Shown here one piece after another: positions 1 through 9,463 of a stretch of DNA of 64,000 bases (position 1 is the stretch's first letter; each line of letters begins with the position of its first letter). Made by a program: the position numbers and the translations under genes. The notes beneath the pieces are model-generated. The model was not told the DNA's origin. It did no database searches and saw only the letters and a program-made list of their open reading frames with translations. This DNA comes from a virus: the IMG/VR virus record IMGVR_UViG_3300046804_004438, positions 46,387 through 110,386 of that record; one strand, 5' to 3'.

Positions 1-794
1 GTTTAGCAGGATTCAAAGAACTTAAAGATGTAAACTTACTTTCTATAGCTGGAGGACTTCTAGCTTTAGGTCCCGCCATGTTAGCGTTCTTTGGTTCTGA
101 AGGTATTGCAGGAATTGCAGAATCATTTAAAGGATTCTGGAACTGGATGACAGGATCAGATGATAGTGGCAATACAAGTTCTAATAGAATAAAAAAATTA
201 GTAGAATCAATCAAGCCACTAGGTGAATTAAACAATCTTAAATTTGATAAATTGGATGCATTATCTGCATCTATAAGCAATCTTGCTGATGCAATGACAA
301 AAATGGCAGATGTATCAGTAGGAAGATTGCAAGATAACTTACAAAATTTTATTACGTCATTTGCTAGTCAAATTAAAAACTTAGATGTTCTAGCGCACGG
401 TGGTATGTTAGAAATAACAGAACCAGGAATGTTGTGGGGTACAAATACCAAAAAAGTTCCTCTGAAAAAAGGAATACTAGATCCTTCACTTAGTATAGAT
501 GAGATGTTTAATGTTATTTCTAAAGTAAGAGCTATAATGGGCTCAACTGATGGAAATTATAATCCAGTACAAAATGATCAGTTAAATTCTGCTAAGAAGA
601 TAAATCAAAGTGCTACTGAAAAAGAATCTGGATCTAATGTAACAGTTAACAATAACAATGTTAATAACAATTATAATGGTGGATCTGGAGCTAGGGAACC
701 AAAAATAGGTGGTAATGTAAAAACATCACCACCTAGATCAGGAATTGAAGAACGTTTATTAGGTCCTCCAAACGTATACGCAGCTACACCTTAA
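1..794 (+). CDS. C-terminal part of a large virion/tail-associated protein (5' end probably outside the window)
   Basis: Frame appears open upstream of the listed start at 78; helical Ala/Gly/Leu-rich region and Asn-rich tail; converges on gp32. Confidence 0.4.
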   Translation, partial: LAGFKELKDVNLLSIAGGLLALGPAMLAFFGSEGIAGIAESFKGFWNWMTGSDDSGNTSSNRIKKLVESIKPLGELNNLKFDKLDALSASISNLADAMTKMADVSVGRLQDNLQNFITSFASQIKNLDVLAHGGMLEITEPGMLWGTNTKKVPLKKGILDPSLSIDEMFNVISKVRAIMGSTDGNYNPVQNDQLNSAKKINQSATEKESGSNVTVNNNNVNNNYNGGSGAREPKIGGNVKTSPPRSGIEERLLGPPNVYAATP

Positions 795-1708
795 TTGGTG
801 TTAGCAAGCTTCTTGAAGAAGCTGAGATCTTCATCATCGTCCTCATCCCATGGTGCAGATTCCTGCTTAGGAATTGAAGGAGCAGCTGCTGCCTTCTGAG
901 GAACTGGGAAAGCTTCATCTTCATCGATAGCTGATGGCACGTTCTGAGCTGAATCATTACCAACACCAAGAGCCTTCTCCAAGCGAGCCTTAAGTTCTTC
1001 ATAAGACTTGAAATGCTTGTGATCAAGAAGCTCTTGAAGTGAATGCTGCTTGCCCCAGATTGCCTTGATTTCATCATCATCATTAGCAATTGCTGATGGT
1101 GCCTCAAACTCAGACTTGTCGTAATTACGATAGCCTTCTACCTGACGAATCTTCAACTTGAAGTTAGCACCATCCCAGAAGTCAAATGGATTGACTGCCT
1201 TCTCGTCAGCAAACTGAGGATGCATTGCTTCATTGAGCTTATCAAAGATCTTCTTGCCATACTTGAACAAGAACACCTTACCGTTATTCTCTGGACGAGT
1301 AGGATCATTAACAACAAGAATGTTTGAGAAGTAAGAAAGACGGCGCTTATACTTACGAGCAAGATTCTTGTTTGATTCGATACCAGAGTTCCACAACTTG
1401 TTGTTCATCTCAGATACAGGATCTGGCTTGTTGAACGTAGTCAGACTCTTCTCGATATACCAGCCACCAGGACCTTGGAACCCATGGTCCCAAATGCGTA
1501 CGAAAGGCATATCTTCTCCGGCTGGTGCGGGAAGGAAACGAATGATCGCATAACCATTGCCGGCTTTGTCGACATCTGGTTTCCAGTAGCGATCGTCGTT
1601 GCCTGAGCCTTCTTGGGGAACTGTAGAATTGAGCTTGTTGAGCTCGGAGGTAAGTTTGTCAAAGTTAGACTTACGATTTTGCTTGAGTGCTTCGAAATTA
1701 ATAGTCAT
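791..1708 (-). CDS. 32: T4 gp32-like ssDNA-binding protein
   Basis: DKAGNGYAIIRFLP, GPGGWYIE, YGKKIFDK, NYDKSEF motifs and acidic C-terminal tail. Confidence 0.97.
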   Translation of the reverse strand: MTINFEALKQNRKSNFDKLTSELNKLNSTVPQEGSGNDDRYWKPDVDKAGNGYAIIRFLPAPAGEDMPFVRIWDHGFQGPGGWYIEKSLTTFNKPDPVSEMNNKLWNSGIESNKNLARKYKRRLSYFSNILVVNDPTRPENNGKVFLFKYGKKIFDKLNEAMHPQFADEKAVNPFDFWDGANFKLKIRQVEGYRNYDKSEFEAPSAIANDDDEIKAIWGKQHSLQELLDHKHFKSYEELKARLEKALGVGNDSAQNVPSAIDEDEAFPVPQKAAAAPSIPKQESAPWDEDDDEDLSFFKKLANTN

Positions 1709-1768
1709 TATATTCTCCGTTGTATGTGTGTTTCGATATGTTTATTATATGATACGATGTATATTAGA

Positions 1769-2341
1769 TCAAGAGAATTTATTCTTCAAGATCTGACAGT
1801 ATTTATCTTTATCATATTTTATAAAGGGATGGAGCTTCTTACAGTTCATTGCTATCTGTGGCCAAAGAACTGGATCAGCAATCTCTTTATTCCATTTACT
1901 GAAGAAACGTACACAGTCTTGGATAATGATGAACGTTTCTTTTGTAATCTTTTTTCGTGTGAGTAGAGTGAGAAGGTAAGGATAGTCACCTGGCTTTACT
2001 TCAAAGTTAGAGTCAAAGTTTTCTAACAAATTATCTATGTCAGATTCAAATGTGTATTGTAGTGATTGCCTACGTCTCAAAAACTCATTGTATTTCATCT
2101 GCTGGTCAAGACCAAACAAATCACCTACCCATAACTTTTGGTACTCAGAAAAGTTAGCCACAAGAAACGTGAGAGGATCCTCGTGTTTGGACAATTTATA
2201 AAACATATACTTGTCCTTGCGAGTCTCAAAAGAATGTTCTGTTACTCTTACCTTGCCATTGTACTTAAAGTAGTCGTATGATTGGGTAGTAAAGTGATTC
2301 TTAATTGCAGTGTATAGTTTAAATGCTTCAAAAGGTGTCAT
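1769..2341 (-). CDS. 59: T4 gp59-like helicase loader
   Basis: YxAIKNHFT..YDYFKYNGK motif; adjacent to gp32 as in T4. Confidence 0.92.
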   Translation of the reverse strand: MTPFEAFKLYTAIKNHFTTQSYDYFKYNGKVRVTEHSFETRKDKYMFYKLSKHEDPLTFLVANFSEYQKLWVGDLFGLDQQMKYNEFLRRRQSLQYTFESDIDNLLENFDSNFEVKPGDYPYLLTLLTRKKITKETFIIIQDCVRFFSKWNKEIADPVLWPQIAMNCKKLHPFIKYDKDKYCQILKNKFS

Positions 2342-3051
2342 GTAAATTTTTTAATAAGTTCCGGAGCTATCCTGCCTATCTCTAGACCCTTCACTTCTGG
2401 CTTGAGATGTAAACTGGTGTCACCAACAACTGCGATTCTTCTTCCTTTGAATGGTTCTGTTGCCTTTGGATTAGCAATGGTACCATGATTTAGACCACCA
2501 GGGAATGCAACAAACATACCTTCATGTGGGTAGAAATGATACGTATTGAAGTTTGCAGTATTATATTCTCTAATCAAATTATGCTCACTATCTCTTCCAT
2601 CATCCAATGCACCTGGAAATATTTCATTTGGCTTATGCATATTAGCAAAGCTGATCACATCAGAATTTTCAGGGACATCCAAATAATATACAAAAGAAAT
2701 ATCAGAAGATGTATGACTATGATATCTCATATGAAGATCATCTTTGTCAATAATTGACAACCAACATTTCGTGATGTAGATGTCAATCAGGTTTTCTTTA
2801 TATCCTAGACCGTGGATGTATGAACGTATATTAGACGTAACCTCGTTAAAAAATATTTCTAATTGTGGAATCAGATGAATGTCTGTCTGACCATTGTACT
2901 CACCAGTAAGCAGATCTGACGTACTTTCAAATATATAATCTTTTAGATTATTTCTCAACAGTTGATTATATGTTTGGTAGTATTTGAATGTGCTTTTATA
3001 TACAGCGAGTGGAAATAAGAACACAAGCTCAGGATCTTCAACAACACTCAT
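2338..3051 (-). CDS. Putative 2OG-Fe(II) oxygenase (TIGR02466-like)
   Basis: HSH...ISFVYY, FP..L.H and terminal R-I motif. Confidence 0.75.
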   Translation of the reverse strand: MSVVEDPELVFLFPLAVYKSTFKYYQTYNQLLRNNLKDYIFESTSDLLTGEYNGQTDIHLIPQLEIFFNEVTSNIRSYIHGLGYKENLIDIYITKCWLSIIDKDDLHMRYHSHTSSDISFVYYLDVPENSDVISFANMHKPNEIFPGALDDGRDSEHNLIREYNTANFNTYHFYPHEGMFVAFPGGLNHGTIANPKATEPFKGRRIAVVGDTSLHLKPEVKGLEIGRIAPELIKKFT

Positions 3052-3293
3052 ATATGAAGTCTTCCTGACTTTCTGACAAGGTTTAGATTCTCTGCCTCTA
3101 GTTGTAGCTTTGCCTTGAGAACAGTACTTTGTTTAATAATAGATGCAGCTGTCTCTACCTCGATGTTGTTTGTCTCACAATAGTGAACGACGGCATCAAC
3201 ATATGACAGACCATTGAGACCTGCTATCCTATCAATCTCTTTTACAAATTCTGAAACAAACTCAGATGATGATTTTACTTTACCTATTCTCAT
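3048..3293 (-). CDS. 33: T4 gp33-like late transcription coactivator
   Basis: YVDAVVHYCE.NNIEVE...LKAKLQLEAENLN motif; synteny with genes 59 and 32. Confidence 0.9.
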   Translation of the reverse strand: MRIGKVKSSSEFVSEFVKEIDRIAGLNGLSYVDAVVHYCETNNIEVETAASIIKQSTVLKAKLQLEAENLNLVRKSGRLHI

Positions 3294-4456
3294 GAATCCA
3301 ACTTCTTGTATGCTAGGGTTACATTTGTTCCACCAAAACCAAATGAATTGTTGAGAACAACATTTTGTTTTTTGTTTAATAGAGATATGGGAAGAATAAT
3401 GTTTAGTGAAATGGTAGGATCTTGTTGATCAAGATGCCAGTTTGGAATTACACTATTGGTCTCTAGTGATGTTATACATGCAAGTGTTTCTATTGCACCA
3501 GCTGCTCCAAATAAATGACCATGCAATGATTTAGTAGAGCTTACAGGAATATTATTTGTATGACTACCAAACAACTGCTCTATGCTTTGAAGTTCGACAA
3601 GATCACCCATCTGTGTTCCTGTACCGTGTGCGTTGATATATGTAACATCAGAAAGTTCAAAGTCTTTGATCGATTGTTTCATACATTGAACCTGACCTTC
3701 AACATTAGGTTTAGTTACAGACTCGCTTCCATTTGATATTCCGTAACCAACGATCTCACAATATATCTTTGCACCTCTATTAACTGCACTATTATATTCC
3801 TCTAGTACGAATATAACAGAACCTTCTGACATTGTAATTCCATCTCTGTTCTTAGAAAATGGCTTACAATCAGAACTCAGTGCACCCATTGCCTTCCAAT
3901 AAGCAAACTGCAACTGATTGATGCATGCTTCGGAACCTCCGGCAACCAATACCTTGTGCTCACCATATGCAATCTTCTTATATGCTTCACCAATTGCAGT
4001 AGAAGAAGAAGAGCATGCTGTGGAGTATGTTATTGCAGGTCCTTTGATTTGATCTTTGAGTGCAATGAAGTTTGCACCCATGTTAACAACTGAACAAACC
4101 AATGCTGTTGGTTTGACCTTGCCTTTTGCAAATAATGATCTGTAAGCTTCTTCATATGCTAATGCACCACCACCATATCCAACACCAAGAAATATACCCT
4201 CTGGATAGTTGTTACTATCAAAGATTGCATCCTTATACGATAACCATGCTAGTCTTGTAAATCTGTCTGTTATGTTTAGATCATATCTATCAAAGTGCTG
4301 ATCAATGTGTGTAAGTTGATCTACGACATACGCACTACTATCAAATTGATCTACTTTTGAACCTTTAGTACCATTTAGAAAACTATCTCTGACTGTTTGA
4401 TAGTTGTTTCCTAAAGGTGTCCTACAACCAATACCAGTAATAACTACTCGGTTCAT
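3290..4456 (-). CDS. Beta-ketoacyl-ACP synthase (FabF/NodE-like)
   Basis: RVVITGIG, catalytic TACSSS, NAHGTGT, KSLHGH and NSFGFGGTN motifs. Confidence 0.93.
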   Translation of the reverse strand: MNRVVITGIGCRTPLGNNYQTVRDSFLNGTKGSKVDQFDSSAYVVDQLTHIDQHFDRYDLNITDRFTRLAWLSYKDAIFDSNNYPEGIFLGVGYGGGALAYEEAYRSLFAKGKVKPTALVCSVVNMGANFIALKDQIKGPAITYSTACSSSSTAIGEAYKKIAYGEHKVLVAGGSEACINQLQFAYWKAMGALSSDCKPFSKNRDGITMSEGSVIFVLEEYNSAVNRGAKIYCEIVGYGISNGSESVTKPNVEGQVQCMKQSIKDFELSDVTYINAHGTGTQMGDLVELQSIEQLFGSHTNNIPVSSTKSLHGHLFGAAGAIETLACITSLETNSVIPNWHLDQQDPTISLNIILPISLLNKKQNVVLNNSFGFGGTNVTLAYKKLDS

Positions 4457-4707
4457 TTTTTATCAATGTTGTTGTATAGAAAATCTATTAGTTGATCAAT
4501 TGTTTCTGTTTGTTGTTGAACAGTGATATTCAATTTGAGTTTATCTTCAAGTTCTGAAATGAATGTAATAATTTCCAAAGAATCTAACTTCTCATTTATG
4601 TTTTGTAGATCTTTTAACAAAAAGCTACCATCAAAAGAATTAAGATCAATATTGTATTCTTTTTTAAATTGATCAAATACTATCTGTCTTACTTGATCTC
4701 TTGTCAT
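4453..4707 (-). CDS. Acyl carrier protein
   Basis: 84 aa acidic protein with LDSLE phosphopantetheine-attachment motif; 4-nt overlap with the ketosynthase. Confidence 0.8.
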   Translation of the reverse strand: MTRDQVRQIVFDQFKKEYNIDLNSFDGSFLLKDLQNINEKLDSLEIITFISELEDKLKLNITVQQQTETIDQLIDFLYNNIDKK

Positions 4708-4726
4708 ATCACTACTCCATAAAAAA

Positions 4727-5020
4727 GGTGGAGAGATTCTGTTTCCAAGCTCTCTCCGGGCTCATGCTTAAGCAGCAAGTGCTAAGCTAGGTGCAAAGTT
4801 ATCGTTTGCATTTAGTTTTGTTGCATCAGTCTCAGGTCAGCCTTTACTACACCTGTCGATCCTGTTTCGTCCCCATCAAAAGCATATCCCTTGCCACTAT
4901 CTCATCCGCTAGCAGGACTATTGAGACCAACGTCAAGGGTTGGCGGATATGCTTATGGTGGAGACGCCGGGTACCGCCCCCGGGTCCAGAATGTTTATTC
5001 TACTTCCGTCAACGACATCA
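4727..5020 (-). ncRNA. ssrA: Circularly permuted two-piece tmRNA (alphaproteobacterial type)
   Basis: Acceptor piece ends ...CGTCTCCACCA (4956); intervening segment; coding piece starts GGGGACGAAA (4874); tag ORF 4809-4768 encodes ANDNFAPSLALAA-stop; 3' hairpin followed by a T-run. Confidence 0.93.
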
Positions 5021-5026
5021 GCATTA

Positions 5027-5057
5027 TATTTATAGCACATTATATTGTATAAGTCAA
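5027..5057 (-). promoter_or_regulatory. Overlapping sigma70-type (TTGACT-17-TATAAA) and T4 late (TATAAATA) promoters for tmRNA
   Basis: Minus strand reads TTGACTtatacaatataatgtgcTATAAATA just upstream of the tmRNA. Confidence 0.7.
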
Positions 5058-5091
5058 CAGTTTTTAAATTGATTATACAATACATTGTATG

Positions 5092-5286
5092 TCAATGCTT
5101 CTTCTTTCTACCTTTTTTACGATTGGTTGTACCACTCCAATCGGAACCTCCTGTTTTTTTCCAACTAGATTTACCATTAGATTTAATCTTTGTAAAGGAA
5201 GATGTTGAACCACTTTTATTTCTAACCACTTTGGTAGACTTGTTACTTACTAACGTTTTGGCTGCTTTAAAAAGACTCTTAAACAT
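5092..5286 (-). CDS. Small highly basic Lys/Ser-rich protein
   Basis: ORF coupled to the upstream gene; composition only. Confidence 0.5.
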   Translation of the reverse strand: MFKSLFKAAKTLVSNKSTKVVRNKSGSTSSFTKIKSNGKSSWKKTGGSDWSGTTNRKKGRKKKH

Positions 5287-5489
5287 TATACCTTACCCCA
5301 GTCTATACTATTCCATATTCTTTCATTAACAAAATAGGAGAGTGTCCATAGGCAATTAATTATTATTGTAGGTATGATTGCCTGAGTCATGTTCTGACCA
5401 GTAATCAGTAGCATGATATAAGTTGTAAGGATAACAAACAATCTGTACAAAAGTGATTTGACTATTGTTCTTTTTATTGTTGCTTTCAT
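5286..5489 (-). CDS. Small membrane protein (DUF2061-like)
   Basis: RTIVKSLLYR...ERIW..I.WG pattern and two TM helices. Confidence 0.65.
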   Translation of the reverse strand: MKATIKRTIVKSLLYRLFVILTTYIMLLITGQNMTQAIIPTIIINCLWTLSYFVNERIWNSIDWGKV

Positions 5490-6187
5490 ACGTCATACCT
5501 TACCTTATATTGATGCCTTACTTCTAGTAATTGTTTAACAAAATCATCTCTTCTATCTTCAAACACTTGTGGTGTGTCACCATCGACAGATATGAGAATT
5601 ACAATTCTATTTACTGGTATCTGAAATCTTTCTTCATACATTATTGCATATGCTGCAGCCTGGCAAAAATAGTTTGTAATATAATCTCTATTCTTGTGTT
5701 TTGTTGCAGTCTTGAAATCTATAATAGATAACTTACCTTTCCATTCTGCAACACAATCTACTGTTCCTGCCATTTGTAAGAAGTCAGAATATAATCTAGT
5801 TTCTTGCAAATGAATATTATCAATATAGTTATCAAGAAAAGGTTTTATCTCTCCAAAATTAATTGTATCATTATAATTATATTTACTTGAATCTATTTCT
5901 TCGTTGTCAAGATATTTCTCAAACAACTCATGCATGCGAGTCCCACGGACAGATGCCTTTGAACTTATCTTATTGGCTTCTTCGTTTCCTACTCTTTGTC
6001 TCCATTGTTGAATTGACTTTTCATTCATCAATCCTGTAACCGTTGTCACCGATGGATAAAGGGCACCGGTAGGTGACTTATAATACCTACCGGTGTCTGT
6101 ATTTACTTGTTCTAGAACTTCTTCATCAAGGGTCTTTTTGAGATGTGTGAAGTGCTTGCGCTGGGCTAAAATGTCCTTGAGTTGCAT
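5486..6187 (-). CDS. PD-(D/E)XK exonuclease (Cas4-like phage exonuclease)
   Basis: YPSVTT, RGT.MH, AGTVD, IIDFKT and Q..AYA motifs. Confidence 0.88.
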   Translation of the reverse strand: MQLKDILAQRKHFTHLKKTLDEEVLEQVNTDTGRYYKSPTGALYPSVTTVTGLMNEKSIQQWRQRVGNEEANKISSKASVRGTRMHELFEKYLDNEEIDSSKYNYNDTINFGEIKPFLDNYIDNIHLQETRLYSDFLQMAGTVDCVAEWKGKLSIIDFKTATKHKNRDYITNYFCQAAAYAIMYEERFQIPVNRIVILISVDGDTPQVFEDRRDDFVKQLLEVRHQYKVRYDV

Positions 6188-6926
6188 TATGTACTATTCC
6201 GTTTTCTATCATATTCTTTTTAATTATAAAGTCTTTTACTAGCCCAGATCTAACAATATCATTTTCATTAAATTCTATACATGAGAAGTACTTAGGCATC
6301 TTATTAAGTATCTTCATGAACTTATGAATGCCTTCTCTTTCATCATCCCATTTTAGATCAGTCTGTCTATAATCTCCACAGAAAATAATCTTTGAACTTT
6401 GACCTACACGAGTAATGATTGTATTTAATTCTTGATATGTCATGTTCTGACATTCGTCGACAATTATGATTGTATTGTCTAGTGTGAGGCCTCTAAGGAA
6501 AGATGAGGTCTCAAAATTTATCATACCTTTTTGTTTTAGGATTTCGTATGCATCGCCTCTGTTGAATAACTCTGTACAGATAGCTTGGTATGGTGCTTCA
6601 TATACTTTTGATTTATCTTTTATTGATCCTGGAAGGAATCCCATATCGCGAGAAGGGACTACGGAGCGAATTATTGTAACACTGCTATAATCTCTATACT
6701 CTTCTATTTCTGATAATGCAAGGTAAAGTGATATGAACGATTTACCCGTACCTGGAAGACCATGAATAAGAAGATGTTTACCGTTTATAAATTCTTTAAA
6801 TACTCTCTCTTGATTTGCTGTCTTAGGTGTTACTGTTTTAAGTTCGAGGTTATTTTTATTTTGTCTTTGCTCCTGACGCTTTTGTTGCTTTAGTAGTCTT
6901 TTTTCTGCGCGGGATAATCTTTCCAT
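6126..6926 (-). CDS. phoH: PhoH-like ATPase
   Basis: Walker A GLPGTGKS, MGFLPG, FLRGLT, DECQN, GDYRQTD; start reassigned to MERLS after GAGGTG RBS. Confidence 0.93.
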   Translation of the reverse strand: MERLSRAEKRLLKQQKRQEQRQNKNNLELKTVTPKTANQERVFKEFINGKHLLIHGLPGTGKSFISLYLALSEIEEYRDYSSVTIIRSVVPSRDMGFLPGSIKDKSKVYEAPYQAICTELFNRGDAYEILKQKGMINFETSSFLRGLTLDNTIIIVDECQNMTYQELNTIITRVGQSSKIIFCGDYRQTDLKWDDEREGIHKFMKILNKMPKYFSCIEFNENDIVRSGLVKDFIIKKNMIENGIVHNATQGHFSPAQALHTSQKDP

Positions 6927-6939
6927 ATAGCACCTCGTG

Positions 6940-7182
6940 TTACCATGTGTTAATAGTATTCTTCCTCCCACTAGCACTTTTGATACGCTTCAAGACATCA
7001 CGAAAACCAGAGTCAGGCTTCTTGAGGCCTAACCTGGTTGGATCCGCTATATTGGGAACGGAGAATACTTGTTGAAGATGTGGATTGTTTTCTGTGTAGG
7101 CGTCGTATTCAGAGATCGGCATAGATATGTCGAACTCTTTATTGGTCTTTGTATCTAAAAAAGTATAATTAGCCATTGACAC
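6940..7182 (-). CDS. FmdB-like small conserved T4-like phage protein
   Basis: Y.F.D..T..EF...M.ISE...Y..NPHL..V and KPDSGFRDVL; precedes phoH. Confidence 0.6.
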   Translation of the reverse strand: MSMANYTFLDTKTNKEFDISMPISEYDAYTENNPHLQQVFSVPNIADPTRLGLKKPDSGFRDVLKRIKSASGRKNTINTW

Positions 7183-7366
7183 CTATACCTTTAGACTTCC
7201 AATAAAATTGGACGTCATCTTTATTTAGCGGATCCAATCCTTTAGATCGCATTTCTTCTTCAACTAAATCCTGCAAATATGCTTTTTCGTTAAGATTTCT
7301 AGGATTATAATATTCATCTATAATATTGGTAACTGTTTGTTTGCTACTATCAAGAATCTGTGACAT
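7169..7366 (-). CDS. Hypothetical protein
   Basis: Tightly packed ORF in the operon. Confidence 0.55.
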   Translation of the reverse strand: MSQILDSSKQTVTNIIDEYYNPRNLNEKAYLQDLVEEEMRSKGLDPLNKDDVQFYWKSKGIGVNG

Positions 7367-7538
7367 CTAGGAGCTCCTGTCTAAGTTTTGTCTGAACACG
7401 TTTCAATGCATCTGGTTCATGATGATGAAAAACACTAAGTGTTTCTGTCACGCCTTTTTTATGACCCTCAAGCCAATAGTAAAATGCTACCGCTGCTAAA
7501 AGCAGAGTATACAATCCTGCAGTTATAATATTGTCCAT
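7350..7538 (-). CDS. Small membrane-anchored protein
   Basis: N-terminal TM helix; tight packing. Confidence 0.55.
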   Translation of the reverse strand: MDNIITAGLYTLLLAAVAFYYWLEGHKKGVTETLSVFHHHEPDALKRVQTKLRQELLDVTDS

Positions 7539-7539
7539 G

Positions 7540-7734
7540 TTATTCGTCGTCTTCGTAAGATAGAAGTCTATCTAAGTTTTTAGAACGAAGAGCATTTTCA
7601 TAATTGCGATAATGCTTTTGCATTTTTTCTCGCTTCACTTCTCTAAAGCTGAGATTCTCTTCGTCTATGTGATTGTAGTTATATTTCTTCTTAGTTTTAA
7701 AATCAATTTTGTTAGATTTAGGCGAGTCGTTCAT
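7540..7734 (-). CDS. Hypothetical protein
   Basis: Tightly packed ORF. Confidence 0.55.
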   Translation of the reverse strand: MNDSPKSNKIDFKTKKKYNYNHIDEENLSFREVKREKMQKHYRNYENALRSKNLDRLLSYEDDE

Positions 7735-8159
7735 TCTTTAATAAATCCTGGGATAGCTTCATTAACAATGTCTTTGGTAATCCCTTTGAAGGGACATTTC
7801 TTATCTTTCATACTTAGAAGAAGTTTAGCATCATCTGCATTTATTCTTTCCAGTACATCGATAAAGATTTGCTCTCTTCTTATCTGTTTAAGATTAGGAT
7901 TGCCACCTTCCACAAACAAATAGAATCGAGAAACTTCTTGGATGAATGCTTTTGGTTCATCAAACTTACTTTCCTTGTAAGGAGGTACACCTTCTGGAAG
8001 TAAAAATTTTAAATCAGGATCAAACCAAGCGGCCAAAACCGTACGAACAGTAAGATTATTAATTTCTCTGAGAGCCTTGACTCGATCTTCTTTCTTTTTT
8101 ATTTCACTTATTTTTGCAAATGTCTTTGCTACAGAATCCATCTTATATTGAACTGGCAT
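7731..8159 (-). CDS. Conserved T4-like phage protein downstream of rnh
   Basis: F.LPEG.PPY, RREQIFI..LE and DA.LL..MKDK pattern. Confidence 0.7.
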   Translation of the reverse strand: MPVQYKMDSVAKTFAKISEIKKKEDRVKALREINNLTVRTVLAAWFDPDLKFLLPEGVPPYKESKFDEPKAFIQEVSRFYLFVEGGNPNLKQIRREQIFIDVLERINADDAKLLLSMKDKKCPFKGITKDIVNEAIPGFIKE

Positions 8160-9016
8160 TAGAAATCACCTATGTTTTCCATCATGTTTTTGAGTTTGAA
8201 ATTAATGAAGTAATTAAACAGCTTACTTTTATCCTTACCTTGTTCGTTAATATATTTATTAAGAACTTCTGTTCTGATACTTTCAGGAACCATTGAGAGA
8301 TCAACCATGTGTTTATTACGCATAAAGTTTCTGTCAATTTGGCTATCTAGTAACACTGCACCATCATTATAAATCTTATTTATTTTCTTTTGGGTAAGAG
8401 GCTTCTGACGCTTGTCTGAAACAAACGTATCATCATCTGAAAGCACGTTTGGAATTCCGTCTCCAGCATCACCTTTAAGAATATGCTCCAACAAGAAGCG
8501 CTCAGGGTTATCGTGATTGATCCACTTCTTTCGAACAGGATCATACTGTTTGACATTATTAAAAGTCTGGAGCTGCACAAAGTCCTTGTCACCAGAAAGT
8601 ATCAATATACTTTCACCATAGTTCAAATCCTTGCCAAATTTGTTGACAAGTGAAGCTATAATGTCATCTGCTTCGGCAGATTCTACCTGAATGACACGAT
8701 AAGGGAAGTTTTCTTTGATCTCTAGTTTGATCTTATTGAAGATCTCAAACACCTGAGTCCAGTTGATCTCAGACTCTTCTCTGTTCTTTTTGCGATTGGC
8801 TTTGTAGTAAGGAAAGATCTGCTTACGCCAATAGTTCTTGTCATCACATGCAATTACCATCTCACCATATTGATCACCAAACTTCTGTTTGTATGAACGT
8901 AGTGAGTTAATAACCATATGACGAAACAATCCCTCTTCGATAGGAATGTTTGTGTGATTTCCCAACTGCATCATCAAGTTGGAAATCATTACTTGGTTAA
9001 AATCAACTATTATCAT
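8159..9016 (-). CDS. rnh: T4-like RNase H / 5'-3' exonuclease
   Basis: YWRK.IFPYYKANRK, EADDII, SGDKDFVQL and GD.GDGIPN motifs. Confidence 0.96.
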   Translation of the reverse strand: MIIVDFNQVMISNLMMQLGNHTNIPIEEGLFRHMVINSLRSYKQKFGDQYGEMVIACDDKNYWRKQIFPYYKANRKKNREESEINWTQVFEIFNKIKLEIKENFPYRVIQVESAEADDIIASLVNKFGKDLNYGESILILSGDKDFVQLQTFNNVKQYDPVRKKWINHDNPERFLLEHILKGDAGDGIPNVLSDDDTFVSDKRQKPLTQKKINKIYNDGAVLLDSQIDRNFMRNKHMVDLSMVPESIRTEVLNKYINEQGKDKSKLFNYFINFKLKNMMENIGDF

Positions 9017-9065
9017 GTTAAAGGTTCCACCTAATTTATACTATATTAATTATATAGTCTATCGA

Positions 9066-9422
9066 TTAAGTGTTCAACAGTTTTTCTTCTATCAAATTGT
9101 CAATTTGACTACGAGCATCAGGTGTTAAAGTCACAACAGTATCTGCCAATTCTTGGAATGAATGATTAAGATTTTTTGTAGAATATACCATTGCTTTGAT
9201 GGCTTCTTCTACAAAAACAATATACTTTACATTCTGTTCATCTGGCTTTACAGTGATTCCATATGATGCTAGAACGGAAAAAGCAGCTTCCATCACATCA
9301 GAACATACTTCATCACAATAGTCTCTTCTGACTTCTTCGATATGTTCGTACGATTGTTCAATTGATATTGGAAAATTTTCAGCGCTTAATTTATTTGGAA
9401 ATTTTACTATATTATCCATCAC
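9066..9422 (-). CDS. Hypothetical protein
   Basis: ORF with NIVKFP start typical of phage proteins. Confidence 0.55.
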   Translation of the reverse strand: MMDNIVKFPNKLSAENFPISIEQSYEHIEEVRRDYCDEVCSDVMEAAFSVLASYGITVKPDEQNVKYIVFVEEAIKAMVYSTKNLNHSFQELADTVVTLTPDARSQIDNLIEEKLLNT

Positions 9423-9463
9423 TGTGCCTTGTAAGAGGGCATATAATATTATTTATCATTATT

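Noticed and set aside
4791-5329. Plus-strand ORFs 4791..5072 and 5045..5329
   Set aside because: Antisense to the tmRNA and to minus-strand genes; no recognisable motifs.
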